Positions 18,001-25,762 of a stretch of DNA of 61,810 nt are shown here, one piece after another. The DNA comes from Methylococcaceae bacterium. GTDB taxonomy: Bacteria; Patescibacteriota; Microgenomatia; UBA1400; PJMF01. The notes under the pieces are model-generated. The model ran no database searches, was not told the origin of the DNA, and was given only the letters and a program-made list of their open reading frames with translations. A program made the position numbers and the translations under genes. The stretch covers positions 1-61,810 of the forward strand of contig JBILVZ010000003.1 of assembly GCA_044370175.1 (NCBI GenBank), read 5' to 3'. Every line of letters begins with the position of its first letter. Positions within the stretch are counted from its first letter, which is position 1.

Positions 18001-19797
18001 TCTGCGCCACAAACTGAGGAATTTGCTGCACTAGCAACTGCTGCCGGTGCCCCAGCAGCATCTGGAGGAGATTTCTCTCCACAAACCAGAGCTGCGGGAC
18101 TCAACAGCATGGCCTCAGGAGCAATTAAAGATCTTGTCACAAAAAAACTTGGCTCAAAATTACTTGAATACGGTGCTGCTGCAGTAGCCGGGCCAGCAGG
18201 TTGGGCGTTGCAGCTTAAAAATATTGCTAGAGTTGGCCAGAAGTTGATAAATAACAAAGAATTTAGACAAATTGTGATAGCCGGCGGGTCTGGAGTAGGG
18301 CTAGCCGCTGCAGCTACTTTTTTGTATGCATTTGGTAATATTCCTGGCGCACTCACTATGATTGCTTCCTTTATAGTGGGTGGCCCGATTGGTTTACTTT
18401 ACGGTCTACCGCTTGCGTTGGGTGTAGCTAAACTATTTCCTGGGCTCAATTGGCTTCCAGTCAGGACTCCGCCGAATCCCTTTGGATTTGAGGGCTCGGA
18501 ACAGTCAGCAGCTGGCTATAAGAGCTTGAGTGAGATGCGAGAAGCAAATAGTGCTTCTGCAGCAGCAAAAAATGGTGGTACTACTAGTGTGAATGAAGGG
18601 CAAACTGCAACAGCGAGGAGCTCTACCACACAAACACCTTCTCAGGCACAAGCTGCAAGCCAAGCAGAATCAGCAGGAGCACACAATCCTCAAAGTGGAG
18701 TTACCCAAGCCTTTTCCACTCCAGCAACTGCGACTGCCACGACTTCCAGTAGCTTAGGCTTTCTAAGTGCAGGTGGCATCGGCCTCCTCGCGCCAGTGCT
18801 TGCAGTTGCCCCCGTATTTTTGATCACCTTACTCACTATTACTGTTATTGCAGGAGCGTTCCTTGTCAATCTTCCCACCAAACCGTTTAGAAAAATTGGC
18901 TTTACCAGTACAGGAGAACAAGCGAGCGCAAAGTATGTAACAGTCACCAAAACACCCGACAAAGGCAATAACCCCAACGAAATTGCCAACAATACCGCAA
19001 CTACCATCAACTACACGGTTACTATTGCACCAAAACCTGGGTATACCATTAAAATAACAGAGGCAACCGATACCTTTTCAAGTTTTGGAGAGCAGACTTC
19101 CTCAGATCCTATCAGCTCTACCTTCGCTGTTTCTCAAATCCCAACAGAAGTACTCACCACTCAGGCGCCACCCATCACCTATACTGCTGCGATTAGTAAT
19201 AAATTTAAAGACGCGTATATCACTAACACCTTTAGCATTCAGTTTACGGTGATGGATACTACTGGCAACATAGTTGAAAATAATCAGATATTTAATGCTG
19301 CGGCAAATGTTTTGATTGGTGAGCCTAAAATTGGCTGTTGGCCAGTGACTGGCGTCCTAACCACCTATCCATTTATGAAATCTGTCCCAACACATGCAAC
19401 AACAGATGCTTTTGACATAGGAGCGCCTCTAGGTACTCCAATTTATGCACCATTTCCAGGCAGCATCAATGATCGCGACTTTGATAGAAGAGGATATGGA
19501 AACCTCATAACCCTCGAGTTTGTTATTCCTGGTGATAGTACAGGACAAAAAAGAGTTGTCTTCTTTGCACATTTAAGTGGCGTAGCTGCGAAGTTTAAAG
19601 GCAAAAATGCTGAACCTGTAGCTGCAGGAGAGGTCATTGGCTATGTGGGTAGTACTGGCAACAGTACTGGTCCCCATCTACACTATGAATTAAAGAATAA
19701 CCGCAATAATCCTGGAGATCCTGGACTTGGCATCCGAAATATCGTCCCTGGAGGTCTGACCGCAACCGTTGGGACACCAACTAGAAGCTGCAAATAA
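15004..19797 (+). CDS. Very large membrane protein with C-terminal M23 peptidase domain (1597 aa)
   Basis: ~1050 aa acidic helical region, TM hairpin and Ser/Ala/Thr linker, TM, Ig-like beta region, then M23 motifs (H..DAFDIGAPLGTPIYAP, GYGN, FAHL, GSTGNSTGPHLHYE). Confidence 0.8.
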   Translation: MADDLNLKQKPEVVYQAGATTNVDTHPVKVSQIKNLGFYSKRELEYLESVFENLRGLYEKTQANRILQLYRNQKLNIRFQLKSESLSVRDETLIAYDGLPSDNDVRGQQKTLLFFVDFVSFLIGIASTLQENFPTTYLSEYSNTHDPTKKLLEWGPTGSDEYVSQEQLQYQVEEIESLIEAIELAFVAWENSSPEVITAQEESVKKAEASELHSAVVPKLDDDHDEDVMDSDPTEGAGDDTTDTDTASNRDVTAKIAQQKQFLYGFAKVNLIDQFFRSAGLDATNLPPEFQAHYFELLEILRTEINSLQLTDEEIESLISGGAGETVLRARLYNRLLARLFGRGENGFFVVYQELMREQVDYLLAQNQSATADALTTELTTYLSNFVENEELQEIQQQVHSWIQKLQQQTQQVRIPEDSEPTLSENDVPTPPIQPSFEQLTRITTNQGVTLTVAEQKILPKQAGHVIWGAMAQVFPEEALRNNTIPPQLFGQINEVAIEYLASLSPTELQKITKSPSSLIRHIKNLSIRIQTNAELTSSLDAFLQTTGKPNFDRLERIEVETTWAIENAKYELFSASTIGIGVITQTPKLEKEFLEAEQKLEAKVYAYVLTLSNDELLQLYLNQNRREQLFEQIIRALNSDPAFRKELGEFYQELIKYYKENGLTTEQALFEKNLKHSVQFEVLYDEGSVRFILDDIKKTDPEGVFAKQLAFELKDDSPITLKRTSDILDAMIITHGQAGTEDMVSKLDTKLLGMMFALPSDQITDTNHLTIREILIEYTRVRALNINPGEGAIQTGFLPIPEIPKTALELEVHRVAISNMAHSVEHNGSEETAAVTGGKIRHRIEAAKLVAGHAWGPLETEQRAALYIFFDIPIPPAIRERIVSKSTDPVADKNSLAVPLEFVGFTGDVDKITEAAWRGKFRVLDFGETQQRPTIQKSEVYQDIVNLKRLENELILAQYTVLPEDQQIAVALQLQQTPEDLQLVLAQSVGSMDDRVVLSAPQTEEFAALATAAGAPAASGGDFSPQTRAAGLNSMASGAIKDLVTKKLGSKLLEYGAAAVAGPAGWALQLKNIARVGQKLINNKEFRQIVIAGGSGVGLAAAATFLYAFGNIPGALTMIASFIVGGPIGLLYGLPLALGVAKLFPGLNWLPVRTPPNPFGFEGSEQSAAGYKSLSEMREANSASAAAKNGGTTSVNEGQTATARSSTTQTPSQAQAASQAESAGAHNPQSGVTQAFSTPATATATTSSSLGFLSAGGIGLLAPVLAVAPVFLITLLTITVIAGAFLVNLPTKPFRKIGFTSTGEQASAKYVTVTKTPDKGNNPNEIANNTATTINYTVTIAPKPGYTIKITEATDTFSSFGEQTSSDPISSTFAVSQIPTEVLTTQAPPITYTAAISNKFKDAYITNTFSIQFTVMDTTGNIVENNQIFNAAANVLIGEPKIGCWPVTGVLTTYPFMKSVPTHATTDAFDIGAPLGTPIYAPFPGSINDRDFDRRGYGNLITLEFVIPGDSTGQKRVVFFAHLSGVAAKFKGKNAEPVAAGEVIGYVGSTGNSTGPHLHYELKNNRNNPGDPGLGIRNIVPGGLTATVGTPTRSCK

Positions 19798-19805
19798 AGG
19801 AACTT

Positions 19806-20810
19806 ATGAGCAATTTAAACGAACCTCAGTTGGAAAAAAAGAAAACAGCACGTTGGTTTGAGTTAATTTTACTCATTTCTGCAGTGTTACTTGGAGTCGG
19901 TTACACACTCAGATGGCTCACGCCTACAACCATTACCCTACAACCCACTTTAAACAGAAACTATCAAGGGAGTACGACCAGCTTTGACACAATCACCTAT
20001 GTGGGAGCTCTTCCAAATTTCCCGTCCGAGCTTGCTGTTGCCACTGCTGAAAACTTTGTTCCACTCACTATAGAAGATAGAACCATCAAAAACACTCTTA
20101 TTCAGAAATACCAACTCCAGCGACATCCAGAAATCCCCAATCTTTGGTTGAGTCCTGAGTATGCACTGCAAGAAATAGAACAGACCGGTAGTTACGAACT
20201 TTCCAGCCAAATACCTCTTGTTCAAGGAGAAGTAGTAGATAGTGTAGCAGCCTTCCAAGCAGCAGAGAGATTTGTGCGAGAGCTCTTTCCAGAAAGTAAT
20301 CTCCAACGTATTGAAAATAGAGTTGTCTATCGCGAAGCTGACGTTCATGGCGATATTGTAGGGGCAACTGATGCTGGTTTGGTAGAGATTCCTTTTGGAT
20401 ACACCCTTGATTCATATCCTCTATATCTAGAAAAATCAGTAGAGTATCCTCTTACTATTTTAATAAATGCAGATAATCAGGTGCAGAAAGCCAACTTTCA
20501 TCCGTTCTTTTTAACACCTATAATAGATGGAAAAATAAAAACCCTTACAGTTACGCAGGCGCTTGAGAATGTTGCACAAGACAAAGCGACCATTATCAGC
20601 TCTCATTATGATGGTTTTGAGGATGAATCCCTCGAGCAGATTACTTCAGGTTCTATGAGCTCGGTTACTATTGAGTATCGGGTTAGTGCTGACACAAAAC
20701 GTATTGTCCCCTACTACCGATTTTCTGGGCAGTTGGTAAATAATCAAGGTCAACAGTTTTACGGAGAAATTATTACGCCCGCTGTTCAAACAGAAGCTGA
20801 CCAATCATGA
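19806..20810 (+). CDS. Single-pass membrane protein with extracytoplasmic domain (YycH/YycI-like fold possible)
   Basis: N-terminal TM, then ~300 aa ending SVTIEY...IVPYYRFSG; AAGGA SD upstream; fold call is tentative. Confidence 0.55.
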   Translation: MSNLNEPQLEKKKTARWFELILLISAVLLGVGYTLRWLTPTTITLQPTLNRNYQGSTTSFDTITYVGALPNFPSELAVATAENFVPLTIEDRTIKNTLIQKYQLQRHPEIPNLWLSPEYALQEIEQTGSYELSSQIPLVQGEVVDSVAAFQAAERFVRELFPESNLQRIENRVVYREADVHGDIVGATDAGLVEIPFGYTLDSYPLYLEKSVEYPLTILINADNQVQKANFHPFFLTPIIDGKIKTLTVTQALENVAQDKATIISSHYDGFEDESLEQITSGSMSSVTIEYRVSADTKRIVPYYRFSGQLVNNQGQQFYGEIITPAVQTEADQS

Positions 20811-20853
20811 TAAAATAAAACTCGATCTCGTGTGATTTTTTGACTGCCCAACC

Positions 20854-22038
20854 ATGAAAGAACATCCAATACCCCAAGATATTACCAACTACCGCTTTCA
20901 TATTGTCGGTAGTATGACGCTCAAACAGTTTGGGGAGTGTGCTCTAGGTGTTATTATCGGTTTACTCATCTATCAAACAAACCTCATCGCCATCATCAAG
21001 TGGCCGCTTATTCTTATTTTTGTGGGTGGTGGGTTTGCTGCTGCTTTTTTACCTATCGAGGAGCGTCCATTGAGTCATTGGATTTCTACCTTCATTAGTA
21101 TTCTGTATAAACCCACCCAGTTTTTTTGGAAGCGCAACTACAATATCCCCGCTCCATTTTTATTCAAAGCCGATCATGTTGATATTGCAACGTTACAAGA
21201 AATTGATTTGAGTCCGGTGCGGCGTCAAAGAATTAAAGAGTTTATTTCTTCAACAGCACCACTTGAGGGGCAGTCCGATTTTACAGTTGATGAACGCCTG
21301 CGGATGGCCAGTATTTTAGATATTTTTCAAACACAAACAGTCCGAGAGGTAGTTGTAGAACAGCGGTCAGAAATCAAGGATAAACCCAACTTAACGGTCC
21401 GTATTCGCAGTATGCGCCAAGCTACGATTACAGAGACTGTAGTACCTGAAGAACAGTTCTCTGCAAATGCTTTGGGGGGATCAGCCGCAGACACCTATCT
21501 ATTGGATACCAACGTTACACAAGAGCACCAGACTTCTAATAAAAAAGATGCGTATCTTGATACCACACAAGTTGCGCAATCTATTCAAGTCCCAGAGATA
21601 CAACCAGTTGAAGTAGCTCAAATGGTGAATGAAGATGAGTTTGCAGCATTAGTACACCAACAAACAACCAACAGCTCAGAGCGCGCTTTTATCAGTCAAA
21701 TGGCACCCACCACAGCTTCACTTACAGCTACAGATACCGTTCGCTTTAATGCATCACTCCCCTTCCCCAGCAAACCCAACACTCCAAACAAACTGGTGGG
21801 AATGATTTTGACACCTCGAGATGAACTAATTCCTGGAGCAATTATTGAGATACAAACTCCACAAGGAGTGGTCTCTCGCGCAGTAAAAAGTAATGCATTG
21901 GGACAATTTTTTATCACGACACCACTAGAAAATGGTGAATACATCGTTTCAGTAGAAAAAGATGGTCATACCTTCAAACCAATGACTATTACCTTAACAG
22001 GAAAAATTGTAGAACCACTAGAGGTACGCAGCGCATAA
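20854..22038 (+). CDS. PrgI/VirB3-like protein with C-terminal carboxypeptidase-regulatory-like beta domain
   Basis: HPIPQDITNYRFHIVGSMTLKQF + two TM + ERPLSHW (PrgI pattern); C-terminus LVGMILT..IPGAIIEI..SNALGQF..LENGEYIVSVEKDGHTF. Confidence 0.75.
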   Translation: MKEHPIPQDITNYRFHIVGSMTLKQFGECALGVIIGLLIYQTNLIAIIKWPLILIFVGGGFAAAFLPIEERPLSHWISTFISILYKPTQFFWKRNYNIPAPFLFKADHVDIATLQEIDLSPVRRQRIKEFISSTAPLEGQSDFTVDERLRMASILDIFQTQTVREVVVEQRSEIKDKPNLTVRIRSMRQATITETVVPEEQFSANALGGSAADTYLLDTNVTQEHQTSNKKDAYLDTTQVAQSIQVPEIQPVEVAQMVNEDEFAALVHQQTTNSSERAFISQMAPTTASLTATDTVRFNASLPFPSKPNTPNKLVGMILTPRDELIPGAIIEIQTPQGVVSRAVKSNALGQFFITTPLENGEYIVSVEKDGHTFKPMTITLTGKIVEPLEVRSA

Positions 22039-22115
22039 TAGATAAAAATACCAACTGCCTGTCTTGCGGGCTGGTAAGAAAGCCAGTACCATACAGAAGA
22101 GTGTAAAATACGTAT

Positions 22116-23384
22116 ATGTCTGAAATTATTCAATCCACTACCCAGCAGTTCTTAGACATCTATGATATCACCAATAATTTTGTGATCATGAAAGATGGAA
22201 CGGTGTCTACTATTCTCACAGTAGATGCCATGAATTTTGGACTTTTAGCAGAAGAGGAACAAGACGCCATCATGTATGCCTATGCTGGTTTACTCAACTC
22301 ACTCAACTACCCTATTCAAATTATTATTCACTCACAGACAAAAGATGTTACTTCATATCTTAAGATTCTCCAGGAACAAGAGCTTCAAGCTGAAAATGAA
22401 ACAATGCGCCGACGGATTAGGATGTACCGCGAGTTTGTAGGCAACCTTATTCATGAGCGAAACGTCTTAGACAAGAAGTTTTATGTAGTCATCCCTGCTA
22501 CTGCACTCGAAATGGGATTTTTAGCTACCTCTAGCATACTACCTGGTAGCAAGGCGTTTGATATTGGGACCGTTGAAAGATCTCTCATTATTGAAAAAGC
22601 ACAAAATCTACTTGATCCCAAGCGAGATCACCTAATTGCCCAGTTTGCACGTATTGGCCTATATTCTAGACAACTCACCACACAAGAAATCATTCAGTTG
22701 TTCTACGTCAGGTACAACCCTGAGGCAATTGAAGGACAACAAATTGGAGAAAGTACGAGTTATAGTACTCCACTTGTCAAGGCAAGTATCCAACAATCTA
22801 TGGTGCAAAGTATTCCCCCAGCTGCTGTTTTCACAAACCCAACTCCAACAGAGACTCCTGTCGCAACACAACCGCAAGTAGCTCAAAGCGCTGCTGTGAC
22901 ACTACAACCAGTCCCCGAAATTCACATCGCTGCTGAGCCACTGCTTACTTCACCTGAGATTTCACCGCAACCCTCCGCAACATTCACACAACCTCCAGTT
23001 CAGACACCACTACAGCAACCACTTCAACCAGATGTACAGGTAGAATACACAGCCCCACAAACGCAACCAACAGAAGGTATACAGCAACCAGTTGTAGCTG
23101 CCTACACTCCCCCCGCTCCAGTGACACAAACTGCGCCACAGGCAGCCGCGCCAATAACTGAAGTTTTCACCGCACCACCAGACACTGTAAAATCAAGTAC
23201 TCAGTCGATTCTGTCTGGGGTGGACGGTACTTCTGAGCAAAGTATTCAAGCCGACTTAAACGCAACGGTTCAATCACTCGGTATTGCGATACCTCCCACA
23301 CCTGCACAACCACCTGTAGCAACTCGCTCCCCTAACCCCCAAGCAGCTCAACAACAAGACTTACCACCGTTGCCAGAGATATAA
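22116..23384 (+). CDS. VirB4-associated protein resembling the N-terminal part of TrsE/TraE-type ATPases, with Pro/Gln/Thr-rich tail
   Basis: FLDIYDITNNFVIMKDG..VDAMNFGLLAEEEQDAI..LNSLNYPIQI..KKFYVVIP; no Walker motifs; sits between prgI and virB4. Confidence 0.65.
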   Translation: MSEIIQSTTQQFLDIYDITNNFVIMKDGTVSTILTVDAMNFGLLAEEEQDAIMYAYAGLLNSLNYPIQIIIHSQTKDVTSYLKILQEQELQAENETMRRRIRMYREFVGNLIHERNVLDKKFYVVIPATALEMGFLATSSILPGSKAFDIGTVERSLIIEKAQNLLDPKRDHLIAQFARIGLYSRQLTTQEIIQLFYVRYNPEAIEGQQIGESTSYSTPLVKASIQQSMVQSIPPAAVFTNPTPTETPVATQPQVAQSAAVTLQPVPEIHIAAEPLLTSPEISPQPSATFTQPPVQTPLQQPLQPDVQVEYTAPQTQPTEGIQQPVVAAYTPPAPVTQTAPQAAAPITEVFTAPPDTVKSSTQSILSGVDGTSEQSIQADLNATVQSLGIAIPPTPAQPPVATRSPNPQAAQQQDLPPLPEI

Positions 23385-23434
23385 AATAACTTCAACTCTT
23401 TGATGTGGTGTAAAATACCAGTACAATAAACATA

Positions 23435-25654
23435 ATGCCCGATTTATCATCACTCCTACCAGCATTTCCCTTTGGCAAAAAAAAGACAAAAGACGCTGGT
23501 CTGACGCCTGAGCAAATTCAAGAACAAAAAAACTTAGAAAAACTACAGCAGTTTTCTCGCGGTCTGGTAACGATTCAGGATATTATTGCGCCTGAAGCAA
23601 TCGAGGTGGACTTTACCTATCAGAAAATTAACTCAACCTATACACGCACGCTCTTTATTGCGGGATACCCCCGCACAGTACCCGCCAACTGGCTTGGGCC
23701 ACTCATCAACTATCCACACCAGATTACAACAGCTATGTTTGTTTTTCCTGTCGACTCTGCTGAAATCTTAGACAACCTTAAACGTAAAATCACCGAAATG
23801 GAAGCAGAAATTCAATCTGACCTTCGGGCTGGTAAAATTTCCAACATCAACACCGAAGTGAAACTCGAGGATGCTCGCTTTATCAGAGAAGAACTAGCCA
23901 AAGGTTCAGAGCGGTTTTTCCAGTTTGGGCTCTACATCACTATCCAAGCAAAAGATAAGGAAGAACTTGATAAAATTACTAAAAGTGTCCAATCGACACT
24001 TGGAGCACTCCTGATTGTTTCAAAAAAGGCCACACTCCAGATGGATGAGGGATTTAAGACCACCCTTCCAATGGGCACAGACAAACTCCTTGTCACCCGT
24101 AATATGGATACGACTTCGCTTGCGACCACGTTTCCCTTCACATCGTCTGAGCTCACGATGGAAACAGGTATCATGTATGGCATTAATGAGCATAATGATT
24201 CACTCGTCATCTTTGATCGCTTTAAGATGGAAAACGCCAATATGGTGATCTTTGCTAAGTCTGGTGCAGGAAAATCATATACCGTTAAGTTGGAAATTCT
24301 GCGTCAACTCATGTTTGGTGCTGAAGTGATTGTCATGGATCCTGAACACGAATATGAGGATTTATCACAAGCAGTTGGCGGTGAGTACATCAACTTCACG
24401 TTTGGTTCATCTACCAAAATCAACCCATTCGATTTAGCGAACCTCTACGAAGAGGGAGAAAATGAACTTGGACAAAAAGTCATTTCACTCCATGGGCTGT
24501 TAAAAGTGATGTTGGGCAACATGACCCCACAGCAAGATGCTCTTCTTGATAGAGCGCTCGTGGCTGCCTATAAAGCCAAAGGTATTACTCCAGATCCTGC
24601 TACTCAAGTGAATGAGCCACCACTTATGGAAGATGTCTATAAAGCACTGGTGGGTATGGAAAATAAAGATGCTGATGATATTTCAGCCCGCCTAGAAAAA
24701 TTCATCACAGGTTCGTTTCGAGGAATTTTTGATCAAAAATCCAACATTGACATTAAAAGCCAACTGACCGTCTTCTCTGTTAAGGAAATGGAAGATGAAA
24801 TGCGGCCAATTGCCATGTATATCATCTTAGACTTCATCTGGACTAGAGTACGTAAAGACCTCAAGAAGCGCTTGCTGATCATTGATGAGGCTTGGTACTT
24901 TATGAAGCATCCTGACTCTGCTTCATTTATTTTTTCGATGGTCAAACGAGCTCGAAAATACTACCTAGGAATCACCACTATCACCCAAGATGTGGAAGAC
25001 TTTTTACATACCGATTACGGGAAAGCGATCGTTACTAATGCTTCAATTCAATTTTTAATGAAACAGTCGACTGCATCTATTCCTGTTCTTGCTGAAACGT
25101 TTTATCTCTCACAAGGTGAACGTCAACTGCTTGTTACTTCAGATGTAGGAGAGGGAATTTTCTTTGCAGGACAAAACCACGTGGCACTGCGCGTGGTGGC
25201 TAGTGAAGAAGAACACACTCTTATCACCACCAACCCAGAGGAAGTTTTACGCCGAAGAAAAGTTCAAGAGAGAGCACGTACAGAAGCTGCACTACAAACA
25301 CAGCAGAACTTGCAAGGTGGGTATGGCATGACTGCTACACAGGCCACCCAGCCACAACAGCAGCAGTTTTCACAAACCCCACTTCAGCAGAGACTACAGT
25401 CACAACCGGCAGTTGCAACCAACCCAACACCTGCCGCGACAGCTGTACAGCAACAAAACCAACAGGAGTATTATGCTAGACCTCCCGCGGCACCGCAAAA
25501 AGCACAACCTCAGCCAGCTCAAGCGCAACCATCGGTGTTCAACAAGCCATCAACCGAACCAGAACTAGATCAGTATGGACTCCCCACAAAACCGCTCTAT
25601 ACACCCGACTCAATCGACAACTACCGACCACCAAGTCGTATCGTCAAGCCATAA
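23435..25654 (+). CDS. virB4: VirB4-like ATPase
   Basis: Walker A AKSGAGKS, DPEHEY, INPFD, Walker B LLIIDEAW, RARKY..ITQ; Gln/Pro-rich tail. Confidence 0.85.
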   Translation: MPDLSSLLPAFPFGKKKTKDAGLTPEQIQEQKNLEKLQQFSRGLVTIQDIIAPEAIEVDFTYQKINSTYTRTLFIAGYPRTVPANWLGPLINYPHQITTAMFVFPVDSAEILDNLKRKITEMEAEIQSDLRAGKISNINTEVKLEDARFIREELAKGSERFFQFGLYITIQAKDKEELDKITKSVQSTLGALLIVSKKATLQMDEGFKTTLPMGTDKLLVTRNMDTTSLATTFPFTSSELTMETGIMYGINEHNDSLVIFDRFKMENANMVIFAKSGAGKSYTVKLEILRQLMFGAEVIVMDPEHEYEDLSQAVGGEYINFTFGSSTKINPFDLANLYEEGENELGQKVISLHGLLKVMLGNMTPQQDALLDRALVAAYKAKGITPDPATQVNEPPLMEDVYKALVGMENKDADDISARLEKFITGSFRGIFDQKSNIDIKSQLTVFSVKEMEDEMRPIAMYIILDFIWTRVRKDLKKRLLIIDEAWYFMKHPDSASFIFSMVKRARKYYLGITTITQDVEDFLHTDYGKAIVTNASIQFLMKQSTASIPVLAETFYLSQGERQLLVTSDVGEGIFFAGQNHVALRVVASEEEHTLITTNPEEVLRRRKVQERARTEAALQTQQNLQGGYGMTATQATQPQQQQFSQTPLQQRLQSQPAVATNPTPAATAVQQQNQQEYYARPPAAPQKAQPQPAQAQPSVFNKPSTEPELDQYGLPTKPLYTPDSIDNYRPPSRIVKP

Positions 25655-25670
25655 TTTCCCCCTTGCCAAC

Positions 25671-25691
25671 TGTGAATAAGTCTGTGTATAA
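25671..25691. promoter_or_regulatory. Two DnaA boxes upstream of dnaA
   Basis: TGTGAATAA (25671-79) and TGTGTATAA (25683-91), i.e. TTATTCACA and TTATACACA on the minus strand. Confidence 0.75.
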
Positions 25692-25762
25692 CTAGACTTC
25701 TAGTACTATTCTCTTCTATATCAGAATAGAAATCACATTGATTTTTAGCCTGGAAGCGATAT

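Noticed and set aside
1-25654. Integrative conjugative element or plasmid
   Set aside because: No relaxase, integrase or flanking direct repeats seen; cluster abuts dnaA and is interleaved with housekeeping-type genes.
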